Below, in pieces: positions 23,009-33,150 of a DNA stretch of 42,980 nt; the first letter of the stretch is position 1; the number at the start of each line of letters is the position of its first letter. Origin of the DNA: Vitrella brassicaformis CCMP3155 (lineage: Eukaryota; Protista; Chromerida); the NCBI GenBank assembly GCA_001179505.1, contig CDMY01000611.1:1-42980 (forward strand), given 5' to 3'. Position numbers and translations under genes: made by a program. The notes below the pieces were generated by a model. It was not told the DNA's origin, made no database searches, and saw nothing but the letters and a program-made list of their open reading frames with translations.

Positions 23009-23212
23009 GGCAGCGGTTTCAGGAAATACCCTAAGCGGCGTGACGGCTTGATCCCATGTCTGTCCATCTCAACATGCAACATGCAACATGCGCCCCAACA
23101 TGCAACACGCAGCACGCAAAGGGCAGAAGCAGCAAACAGGTGGATATGCAATGCGCTGCGAACGACGGCAACATACGAGCAGGCACGTAACGTTGCACGC
23201 ACGCCATCCCAG
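23009..23212 (+). repeat. ~200-bp dispersed repeat, copy 1
   Basis: Aligns by eye with the reverse complement of 32966-33150 (ggcagcggtttc..accctaRg.ggc..acggc.tg.tcccatgt.tgtcca..(aacatgc)n..gggcagaagcag..gcgctgcga..ggcaRcatac). Confidence 0.7.
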
Positions 23213-23336
23213 CGTGGTATATAGCAAAAGCAAAATAATCATTACAAAAATTTACAAGCAAAAGCAAAATAACATATGGAGAAATGATAATATAGTATTA
23301 CCAGAGCGTATTGATTTAGATTTGTTTATATAACTA

Positions 23337-23897
23337 ATGGTACTAAATCAAGAAAAAGAGAAACATTAAAACATCTCTACTACCAATCGGGTTTCAATAA
23401 TATAAAGAATCAAAAAGTAAAGATAAAACTATAAGTGGATCTGATGTGAAAGAATTTATTGAAAACAAAGCATTTATCAGAGAATGCAGAAAATAGAAAT
23501 AAAATATAATTCATATATTCCTCCTGCTCCTCATTTTAATTATGAGGCAGATTTAGTCGATTATTCAAAATTCAGTCGATATGATGAAGGATATAAATAT
23601 ATCTTAAATGTTATAGACACATTTGTGAAGAAAGTTAGTAGTGCTGGACTTAAAACTAAAAGAGCAAATGAGGTATGATTCTATAAATGAATACAACAAT
23701 ACTAAACATTCAACTATCGAAATGAAACCTGATGAAGTTAATGATGAGAATGAAAGATTAGTATTATGGACATTAAAAGTGGAATATAAAAGGATTACAA
23801 CCCTTGAAAGTTGGAAATAAAGTTAAATTCAGAATACAGAAATCAAGTTAAATTCAGAATACAGGAATCAAAATTCGATAAAGGGTATCTACCATAA
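23337..23897 (+). pseudogene. Polinton/Maverick-type retroviral-like (rve) integrase relic in an AT-rich island
   Basis: MVLNQEKEKTLKHLYYQSG../SGSDVKEFI../YEADLVDYSKFSRYDEGYKYILNVIDTFVKK..LKTK../EYNNTKHSTIEMKPDEVNDENERLV../LKVGNKV..KFDKGYLP*. This matches the Polinton integrase pattern (xADLVD..GYKYILxxIDxFSK; YNNTxHSTIxMKP; FKVGDxVR..FxKGYLPNW). The centre is deleted, there are several frameshifts, and there is a 25-bp tandem duplication at 23820-23869. Confidence 0.85.
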
Positions 23898-23909
23898 TTG
23901 ATAGCAAAA

Positions 23910-23926
23910 TATTATGTATGAGATTG
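23910..23926 (+). repeat. Target-site duplication, left copy (tattatgtatgagattg)
   Basis: Identical 17-mer at 27478-27494, with a third copy at 29103-29119 inside the tandem duplication. Confidence 0.9.
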
Positions 23927-26900
23927 TGTGTGACATACGTTAACTCATAGCGCAACGGCAGGCAGAGTCTGTCGGTCTCTCATGAAAATATAAATGAACC
24001 GCATCAACATCGACCAACGCTCAATCATGCGACAAACATGCCAGCACCATCCTCAGCGCCCGCCTGGCGTATCTTCTAGCGGCGCCACCCACCACGCACA
24101 CACATACTCGCACTACGCGCTAACGCAACAGACAGACGAGCACCAACCCACCCCATCACCTGGTCATACCACTTCTCTGCCCACGCAGCTTTGATGCGCA
24201 GCTTCTCAACTAGGCGGCTGAAAAAACCATTAGCGTCTCTGCCTTACACACCATTCACCGTGACGCACAAGGGGGTGAAGTGGATGGACTTGTCCTTGCA
24301 CACACGACTATGATGGGCCTTTTTGGCCTTGTTACTGAGGATGGAGGCGGTAGATTGCGTGCGATAAGACGGTGCGTCAGCGTTTGTCACGCATAAGTCG
24401 AACGACACGTCCTTCTGCCTCTCCCACACCCCTCTCACTGTCCGTCCGCACCCCCTTCTCCCCCTCCTCAGGCTCCACAATCACCACCTCCTTCGTGACC
24501 GCCGACTCGCCCCAAACCTTGGCAGACAGATCGCACAGCACGTCCACCACGTCGTTGTACCGCCGAATTACCAACCCACCCACCCCACGGTTGAGGGCGT
24601 GGTCGAGCGAGTATGCAGCCCCGCAGCCGTCGCAGTGGGTGGGCATCTTGGGAGGCTCATAGGCGTACCGAATGGCCATGGTCGCGATCGTCAGGCGTCA
24701 GGTCGGTGTGGTCCTCTGCGTCAGGCCGGCAAGTCACCCACCCGGCCGTCTTGGCCTTGATCGCCTGATGGACCGCCCGTCGTCTCTCTGCGGGCAGCTG
24801 CTGGAGGCCGTCCTTGAAGCGCTCCTTGGCTGCCTCATCTGTCGCCCGCCGCTACTCCTTGACCGCTTGCTGTATCTCGGTGTGGTGCTGGAAGGGGTTG
24901 AATGGAGGGCCGTCGGGTGGGTTGCCGTTTTGAATGGTGGACACCAGCAGGGAGGTGCCCTTGGTGGATGTCTCGTATACCGCCGCTACTCGCTTTGTCG
25001 AGTCCCTCACCCTCATCCCCTTATGACGCGCAGGCAGCATCGTCAGCTGGGCCTTAGTAGCGGTCACCGCATGGTTGGAGAGCTGGATGAGGTAGTGGGT
25101 GAGGGCATCTCGCAGCGACTCGAATGTCGCCCGCTCCTCAGGCATCACCCGCATGAAGAAATCCCACTCGGCCTGCAGAGACGTTGTGAGTGCTGTGTGG
25201 GCTGCCTGCGGGTACTTGGCCGCTGCGTCCGCTATCCGGTTGACACATCGCTGCCACTCCTGCACCCTCTCAGTGGCGTAGGCTCGCTTGCCCTTCGCGG
25301 TCCTTACAAATCCTCCCATATATCGAGCACCACTCACAATCTCCACGTCGGTATCGCCAAACACCTCCCGCGCCCGATCCTTGCAACCTGCCCGCACCAC
25401 CAGCTTGCTCTTCTTGTCGTTGGAGTGATAGCCCCTCAGTGGCCCTCTCCGCTGCAGCTCATCCCATCAGTCGCGCACCGGCTGAAGGTCTCCCACCTTG
25501 GCGGAGTCGTCGGCAAACCACGCCTGAGAACCCTCCTCTGCTTGCCGCTTCATCTCCCACACGAGCGAAAGGGTGGCCACAGAGTAGAAGAGGGAAGCCA
25601 AGGGGTCGCCTTGTGTGGTCCCTTCTCGACTTCACAGCAGCGCGAGTTGGTCGCGCATGTAGAGGGCCGCATGGCCGCGATAGGTATTAAACAGGAAGCG
25701 TGAGCACCGCAGCCACAAAATGCGGACATTCCATATTGCGGCAGGGCGATTCATTGTATTGTAGGCGTTCATCGTATCCACCAGGATCGCACACTTTACG
25801 CCACTCGAGTCGAACTCGCCGGATACCGCATGAATGGCACCCTTCACGCCCCCCTTGAGCCCGGCGCATAGCTGGTCTGCACCACATACAATCTCCGCAT
25901 CCACCCCGACCGCCTTGGCTATCGCCTTGCCCATGATGCGCATCAGGACCTCCTTGATCCCGATGGGCCGCACACTTGGTTGCTTGTCCAGACCGATAAG
26001 CCGACATGCATGCAGGGCCTGCAGCCGCTCCTAGGGCACGTCCTCGTTGGCGATGTGTGAGGCCATGGCCGCTAACTCACTGCGCAGCTCCGCACTTGTC
26101 GCGCCGCCCTTGAGAAGGAGAGTCTTTCACACAGATGACTCGGCACCAACAGGGCCGGCGCCTCCCCTTGTTGCCCGTGCCGCCCGCTCGATGTGGTTGG
26201 CGGTGATCTCGACCTGGGTGAGGGGAGGGAGGGGCCGGTCGAGGAAGCAGGACGGGTCAGGGTCACTCTGGTTGGAGTACTTCGACTCGAGGACCTCCCG
26301 AATGGTGCGGCCCGCAGGGTCGGCCTCAGCCAGATCGTTGGAGTTCAGCGCGCCTCGCCCTCCCCACTCGGTCAGGAACCGGACGGCCTGCTTGACCTTG
26401 CCCTTGTCGATCAGGCGACGGAATTGACGCAGCGTGGCCTCGTTGGCGTCGTCCTTGCCAACAGGCCTGGTGGCCAGAAGGGCGTTGTTCCGCTCAGCCT
26501 CCTGCACGAGCTGCTCGAAGTCGCCCTTCTCCCATTGGTCCATCCGCCGCTCCACCGTCTTGGCGATGTCCTTGCTGCCAGTGACATCTGGCGCCCGATA
26601 GAGATTCGTGCACGCGCAGATGAGGATGCGCTTACTCGCCAGCTGCTCCTCACGCCACCGACGAGCCTCGGTGGCGAGCAGTCGGGCCAGCCGCTTCGTC
26701 GAAGCACCCGGTGGATCCCAAAGGCACCCTCGCAACGGGCCGAGGCGGGCGTGCCAGCGCTGCCAGTCGGTGTTTATGAGGCCGCTCTGCTGATTGAAGT
26801 CGGTGGCTCCGAAGGCCTCGTGCATCTTCTCTCGGACGAATGAAGACGTCGGAGGGCCAGCAGGGGGAGCAAGGGGTATGCCGGGAGGCGGGCGGTGGGG

Positions 26901-27477
26901 AGTCTCGACCGCATTGCAGAGGCAAGCGTAGCAGATGCCCTTGCTCGAGGACGCCGGGCGGATGTGGCAGCTGGCATACTGGGGAGCGACATACGATGCG
27001 GATCCGCCTCGTAGCGAAGACTCATCCGAGTGGAAGCAACGAGGATGAATGGAGGGGGAGTTCGAATCCTCGGCGGTACAGTTATTGTCCTCGGGCTCTC
27101 GATTCTCGCATATGCCTAGGTCACAGGAATGGCAGTTGGTGCACTTCTTGCCCTTCTCCAAGCAAGGGCAGCCCCGCTCTTTCCCCTTCCTCTTGCATCT
27201 CGATCCAGTGGTCTTGTTCCGGTTCTTGTTGCATGAGCAACACCGCACAGGACCAGCGGCTGGCTGCAAGGGCGGGGCATCGTCTCCCGGCACTGCAGAG
27301 ACGCCCTCTTGAGACGGCGGGGGCGGATGGGCTGAGTCTGTTGAGACTGGGGTCGATTCTGCACTCATTCTCCAGAGCTGCTCGAGCTGGATATGATGCT
27401 GGCAGGTGTGGCCCGAGCAGCCGTCATAGTAAGGAGAAAAAGGGCCTCAGGCCCTGCGAGCTCAGACAAGCAATCAT
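23927..27477 (-). mobile_element. Full-length CRE-like non-LTR retrotransposon (RT + restriction-like endonuclease), decayed
   Basis: ATG at 27368 and an N-terminal Cys cluster. RT motifs: GAGPxG, LDKQ..VRPIGIKEVLMRI, DTMNAYN, GTTQGDPL (~25600-25625), WFADD (~25507-25521). Zn knuckle HCDGC..DHAL and RLE RTD..RGVW..FDLCVTNADAPSY..FTPLCVT. Several in-frame stops and frameshifts; flanked by a 17-bp direct repeat. Confidence 0.92.
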
Positions 27478-27620
27478 TATTATGTATGAGATTGCAATGA
27501 ATGAAAAGATACTTCAAAATTCAAAAAAGCAAAACGTAAATGTGGATTCACAGGTGTTTGTATCGAGTGTATAGAAAACAAATGTAAAAACTCAACTTAA
27601 ACTGTAGTCTTGCATTTTTT
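27478..27620 (+). other. Right TSD copy plus continuation of the AT-rich viral-like relic
   Basis: AT-rich composition resumes right after the retroelement. Rejoined across the TSD it reads KYYV*DCNE*KDTSKFKKAKRKCGFTGVCIECIENKCKNST*. Confidence 0.65.
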
Positions 27621-27750
27621 CTTTGCCACCCCCGTCCCCCTTCTACATGCCTGTCCACACCCTCGTCCTTTTAAACTTTATCACATTAGGACTTTCACAG
27701 GGGTTTCCACTTCTTTTCACGCTTTTTACCCTATCCCTTTCATAATCTCC

Positions 27751-27810
27751 ATACGCTGGGAGTTTGACTTCGCTTTCGAACGCGAAAGCGAAGTCAAACT
27801 CCCAGCGTAT
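27751..27810. repeat. Perfect 28-bp inverted repeat with 4-nt loop (hairpin/cruciform)
   Basis: atacgctgggagtttgacttcgctttcg-aacg-cgaaagcgaagtcaaactcccagcgtat. Confidence 0.95.
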
Positions 27811-28041
27811 AGTCCTCCCTGTCCTCACCGGCCTTTTCGCACGATGCCCCTACTAATGTGAAGCCCAAACTGAAAAAAAGCAAAGATTCTCAAAGTCGCC
27901 ACCAATCATGCGCACGCCAACGCGAATTGGAATTCTGGACGAATTTTCGTCTCTTTTTTTTCATACAAGTTTCCATATAAGAATGTTTTGGGAAGGGTTC
28001 AGAGTTCAAAAACGCATCGTCCGCGGTACGCCGAATTCAAC

Positions 28042-28285
28042 CGTCAGAATGCTCTCGCATGTTGCCATTGATATTGTACTCTGGTAGCGTTTCCACTATG
28101 TGGAAAGGCCGGTAAGAGCCTTCCCGAATCAGTTGAATAGCTGAGGATCAACTGGGCGGTAAGTCGTAGAGTCAAGAGTGCTTTCACTTCACTGAGACGG
28201 ACAGGTCACACATTAGTGATATACTGGTGTCTATCCATAGGATGCATCGTCAGGCTACATGGACACAGATCTGCTTCGGTGACGG
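28042..28285 (-). mobile_element. Truncated copy of the solo LTR created by the tandem duplication
   Basis: Near-identical to 29668-29911 and cut at the duplication junction. Confidence 0.8.
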
Positions 28286-29376
28286 GACGAGCCTCGGTGG
28301 CGAGCAGTCGGGCCAGCCGCTTCGTCGAAGCACCCGGTGGATCCCAAAGGCATCTCGCAACGGGCCGAGGCGGGCGTGCCAGCGCTGCCAGTCGGTGTTT
28401 ATGAGGCCGCTCTGCTGATTGAAGTCGGTAGCTCCGAAGGCCTCGTGCATCTTCTCTCGGACGAATGAAGACGTCGGAGGGCCAGCAGGGGGAGCAAGGG
28501 GTATACCGGGAGGCGGGCGGTGGGGAGTCTCGACCGCATTGCAGAGGCAAGCGTAGCAGATGCCCTTGCTCGAGGACGCCGGGCGGATGTGGCAGCTGGC
28601 ATACTGGGGAGCGACATACGATGCGGATCCGCCTCGTAGCGAAGACTCATCCGAGTGGAAGCAACGAGGATGAATGGAGGGGGAGTTCGAATCCTCGGCG
28701 GTACAGTTATTGTCCTCGGGCTCTCGATTCTCGCATATGCCTAGGTCACAGGAATGGCAGTTGGTGCACTTCTTGCCCTTCTCCAAGCAAGGGCAGCCCC
28801 GCTCTTTCCCCTTCCTCTTGCATCTCGATCCAGTGGTCTTGTTCCGGTTCTTGTTGCATGAGCAACACCGCACAGGACCAGCGGCTGGCTGCAAGGGCGG
28901 GGCATCGTCTCCCGGCACTGCAGAGACGCCCTCTTGAGACGGCGGGGGCGGATGGGCTGAGTCTGTTGAGACTGGGGTCGATTCTGCACTCATTCTCCAG
29001 AGCTGCTCGAGCTGGATATGATGCTGGCAGGTGTGGCCCGAGCAGCCGTCATAGTAAGGAGAAAAAGGGCCTCAGGCCCTGCGAGCTCAGACAAGCAATC
29101 ATTATTATGTATGAGATTGCAATGAATGAAAAGATACTTCAAAATTCAAAAAAGCAAAACGGAAATGTGGATTCACAGGTGTTTGTATCGAGTGTATAGA
29201 AAACAAATGTAAAAACTCAACTTAAACTGTAGTCTTGCATTTTTTCTTTGCCACCCCCGTCCCCCTTCTACATGCCTGTCCACACCCTCGTCCTTTTAAA
29301 CGTTTATCACATTAGGACTTTCACAGGGGTTTCCACTTCTTTTCACGCTTTTTACCCTATCCCTTTCATAATCTCC

Positions 29377-29436
29377 ATACGCTGAGAGTTTGACTTCGCT
29401 TTCGAACGCGAAAGCGAAGTCAAACTCCCAGCGTAT
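29377..29436. repeat. Second copy of the hairpin (one mismatch)
   Basis: Left arm has gctgag instead of gctggg. Confidence 0.9.
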
Positions 29437-29667
29437 AGTCCTCCCTGTCCTCACCGGCCTTTTCGCACGATGCCCCTACTAATGTGAAGCCCAAACTGAA
29501 AAAAAGCGAAGATTCTCAAAGTCGCCACCAATCATGCGCACGCCAACGCGAATTGGAATTCTGGACGAATTTTCGTCTCTTTTTTTTCATACAAGTTTCC
29601 ATATAAGAATTTTTCGGGAAGGGTTCAGAGTTCAAAAACGCATCGTCCGCGGTACGCCGAATTCAAC

Positions 29668-30044
29668 CGTCAGAATGCTCTCGCATGTTGCCATTGATAT
29701 TGTACTCTGATAGCGTTTCCACTATGTGGAAAGGCCGGTAAGAGCCTTCCCGAATCAGTTGAATAGCTGAGGATCAACTGGGCGGTAAGTCGTAGAGTCA
29801 AGAGTGCTTTCACTTCACTGAGACGGACAGGTCACACATTAGTGATATACTGGTGTCTATCCATAGGATGCATCGTCAGGCTACATGGACACAGATCTGC
29901 TTCGGTGATGGCTGGACAGATCGCTCTGCACTGCCAAACATCCATATACTCATGCATTTATGCATCTACATGACCCGTGGCCAACAAAGATCCACTCTCT
30001 AGCTCGCATTCCTCCCTAGTTCGCCTTGCTGGCTGGTTTTGACA
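29668..30044 (-). mobile_element. Solo LTR (377 bp) related to the Copia LTR at 39924-40317
   Basis: On the minus strand it starts TGTCAAAACCAGC and ends ATTCTGACG. It aligns with 39924-40317 (cagccatcaccgaag-cagatctgtgt; gacttaccgcccag..gatcctc; accggccttt). The flanks tcaac/tccac look like a 5-bp TSD with one mismatch. Confidence 0.8.
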
Positions 30045-30258
30045 TCCACTGCTGCAGTATAGTTTATTTCGGAGCCATTTTTACGGACGATCACTTCGAT
30101 CGACAACTTGAACAGGAGGGGTCCGCCAGAGGCAGAAGCTGAAGGACGAGCATTTGAAGCACTTGCGCCGGCTTGCCCGCATTCTGCAGAGTTGCCGACA
30201 CGACTGGACTTGCCTTCGCCTCTCCGGCAAGCTTCTTGGTGGAACTAAGCTCGCCGCT

Positions 30259-31348
30259 ATGGGAAGACTGCGGTCGTATCTGTTTTTTCTACTCATCGGC
30301 TCGGTGCTGGCCACTTCGGGAAACTTTCCAGCCGGTTTCCTTCGGATTCCATCGCGTCGTCCGGTGGCACGGAGGGCCGGCGAAAAGCTAAGGAGCTAAA
30401 CATTGGAGAAATATATGATTGAGATACCCACTTTCTCCTCCGACGGCGTCACCTCTCCACAACCCCACGAGGAGGTCACAGGCCGAATCTGGCCTCCTAC
30501 TTTACTGTTTAGATTCCCCGAGGATGAAGTCGAGGCTTACAAGACGAAGGATAGCTTCGACATTTCCTTTTCTAGCGGTGGAACGCGGTCAGCCGCAATG
30601 ACGATGGGCCAGCTCCGCGTATTGAAGCGATTTGGCATTCTGCAACAGGCGAAATACATCTCCTGTGCCTCCGGAGGGTTGTGAGCGGCGGTGCTTTTCA
30701 CGTACCTGGACAAGAACGCTTCACATGAGAGCTTCCTTGGAAAATGGGAGGAGCCGATGGATATCAAAGCCTGTGAGCTGAAGCGAGAGCCAGACAAGGG
30801 GAGTTTGGCGGGGGCGATTTCGAATTCAGGCTTCATCGAACGCTGGTTCAAGAACCCCCCCCAGGAGAGCGACGAGCGTTATTCTAGGACGGTCGAGCGT
30901 ATCTTCCTGAAGCCCTTCGGACTTTTTGACCTAAAGAAGTTTTTCTCGCTAGACCAGGCTACCGTTAGGGAGATTCTCCAGTATAATACTAATACGAAGC
31001 TGCAAAAGAAAGATTTTTACACTGCCAAGGGCATCAAGGGCTATGACTATCGCCCGTACCTTCTGATCGGTGGGACTATCTTTATTCGACGCAAAGAAAA
31101 GGCAAAGTTGCTCAACTTCTTCTACCCGAAGCCAGCCCGCTACCACTTCGAGATGACACCACTATATATTGGCTCGGGCGCTTTCCATTTCAATGCTGGC
31201 CCTAAGGGCCGTCGACCTTGCTGAGAAGGGGTGGAACTACGAGAAGAATGTTGTTTTCAATGGGGGCGACGAGACGTTCGAAACATTCAAGAACAAGCTG
31301 ATCGAAAAGCATGAGAAAAATGTTCCCCCCTTCAACGACGAAAAATAA
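30259..31348 (+). pseudogene. Intronless secreted patatin/cPLA2-superfamily phospholipase pseudogene
   Basis: Signal-like MGRLRSYLFFLLIGSVLATS, then ISFSSGGTRSAAMTMGQLRVL..KYISCASGGL* (oxyanion Gly loop and nucleophile SGGxW with W changed to a stop), RPYLLIGGT and FEMTPLYIG. In-frame stops at 30397 and 30682; a frameshift/deletion at ~31210 leads into a C-terminal piece ending NDEK* at 31348. No catalytic Asp (DGG) segment seen. Confidence 0.75.
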
Positions 31349-31471
31349 GCCAAAAAAAGTATGGCTTGATGAGCCACAAGGAAGCAATAAAAAAGATACG
31401 ACGATCCTGAACTCGAATCAGACAGGACGCGCCTGCACTTATTGACTTGGATCCAGTGTATGTAGATGTTA

Positions 31472-31690
31472 GCACGCAGACATTTATGATATAAACGCAC
31501 TCCAAGTCGACACGTGCATGCGCAGGGGTGCGCACACAGACATTCGTCAGATACACACACTTCAAGTCGAGACGTGCATGCGCACATAGACATTCATCAT
31601 GTACACACTCCAAGCTGCAAGTCCAAACGTGCATGCGCCAGTGTGCGCATACAGAAATTCAAACTTGCATGCGCAAGTGTGCGCATTCGA
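31472..31690 (-). repeat. Short remote array of the same 60-bp minisatellite, reverse orientation
   Basis: cactccaagtcgacacgtgcatgcgcaggggtgcgcacacagacattc is the reverse complement of the 20615 unit; 3-4 degenerate units. Confidence 0.85.
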
Positions 31691-31835
31691 CTTCATTTTC
31701 ATCGGCGCAAAGGGTGAGAACATACCGAGGACATGAGCTCTTGAGACGAATTGAGACAACTCGCACGCAGGAAGGCGGAAACTTTGTCAATTCACGATCA
31801 TCTTTCTATCGTGCTTAGTGGTTGGTGTGTTCAGG

Positions 31836-32790
31836 CCTGGCTATCGACCCTCAGGACAAGGGCAGCCTCACTTTAGCCCAGCACGGCACGACTCGGGTTT
31901 CAAAGCTCAAGCTCCAGCCGTTGATAGAGTTTGATGGCAGTGTGGTGCGCATCAAACTCTACGAAACCGTCGTCGACAACTTCCAAGACATGTGGAAGTT
32001 GTCGCCCTTTAGCAGCCCCGACACGTGTAAGTACGCCACGCCATTCCTCCCTGCACGCCACACACAGGCGGACGCAATTTGTGTGTGCGGTTGCCTCCCT
32101 TTCCAACTTTGTGCGTGCAGCTTTTGGTCGGCAGGCGTTTTTCGGCGAGCCGCGTATTGCGGGCGACCAACGGAATGACGATAAATGCAGTATGTCATGG
32201 CTTGTCACCCCTCATCCTTCGTGTGTCGTGTCGTGTGGCCCCAGGGACTCACGAGGCGAGGGTGATATTCAACAAGATCTACCGGCCCAACGGCATTGGC
32301 ATCAGCAGTGATAACAAACTGATAACTGTGGGCGACAGCCTAAATAAGGAGTCCGACCTCACTGACTTACCGGCGACTTTCCCAAGTACGTCCATCTGTC
32401 TGTCTGTCACACTCACAGCCACACACACGCGCGGGCATCGTGACTGACCATGTATGTACGTATGTATGTGTGGTTGATGCAGGGTGGACCCGAACAACCC
32501 GCAGCTGTCTGACAACATTCTGCTCGTGTCTGAGAAGGAGTTTGCCGCCAAGGTGGACTTCATTAAGTCTGGCTTAATCGCCATCGACGTCTTCCCCCCC
32601 GGGTACGTTGGAGAAGACGTATTCCCCAAAGCCGACGATTGCCTGAAGCCGACGATGTTCATTCGGGTGATGCGGGCGCCCATATCCTCGCCGTGAACGC
32701 CGAAGTGGCGCCAATCTGGCCGACGCATCAAGCCGGGCATTTCCAGATGCCACTGATTCATGTCATATCCACCGGCGGGCAAATACCCGG
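31836..32790 (+). pseudogene. SMP-30/gluconolactonase-family (SGL beta-propeller) gene fragment, spliced
   Basis: GLAIDPQDKGSLTLAQHGTTRVSKL..FSSPD| (cf. NGL..D..HG.R.V..NSPND); RPNGIGISSDNKLITVGDS (PNGI..SPD..V.DS); PKADDCLK followed by a probable frameshift. Donors gtaagt/gtacgt present; 5' exons not found. Confidence 0.7.
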
Positions 32791-32965
32791 ACTACTCAGT
32801 GTTTTGTTGCGTTTTTGTGCGGTGCGCTGTGTGTGCAATGTTCTCTCGTGTCTGCTGTCTCTGTGTGTCTGTCTGGGTGGTAGTGGTGGGGATTGGGAGA
32901 AAAGGAGACTTTTTCTTTCGCCAGCTGTGCTGTGTCTGGCATCGTGCTTTCCCCATAGCCGTCTG

Positions 32966-33150
32966 CTGAGTGACATGCGTGCGCTGTTGCATGTCTACCT
33001 GTATGCTGCCATCTCTCGCAGCGCCTTTGCAGATCTTCCTGCCTGCTTCTGCCCTCTTGCATGTTGCATGTTCCATATTGCGTGTTGCGTGCTGGACAAA
33101 CATGGGACCAGGCCGTTGGGCCACCTAGGGTTTTCGGTGAAACCGCTGCC
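32966..33150 (-). repeat. ~200-bp dispersed repeat, copy 2 (inverted relative to 23009-23212)
   Basis: Same alignment as copy 1. Confidence 0.7.

Larger units (their letters stand above)
26660..29911 (+). repeat. Tandem duplication of a ~1626-bp unit (26660-28285 and 28286-29911)
   Basis: ORF pairs are offset by 1625 bp (27368/28993; 26840/28465). The copies are near-identical, with a few substitutions and 1-bp indels (e.g. gctggg/gctgag, ggtatgcc/ggtatacc). Confidence 0.95.

Noticed and set aside
23910-23926. Spliced-leader RNA gene target, as for trypanosome CRE elements
   Set aside because: The target lies within an AT-rich viral-like coding relic; no SL or snRNA features seen.
24672-25703. 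343-aa plus-strand ORF (also 26193-26843 and 26840-27574)
   Set aside because: Antisense shadows of the GC-rich retrotransposon ORF; no motifs.
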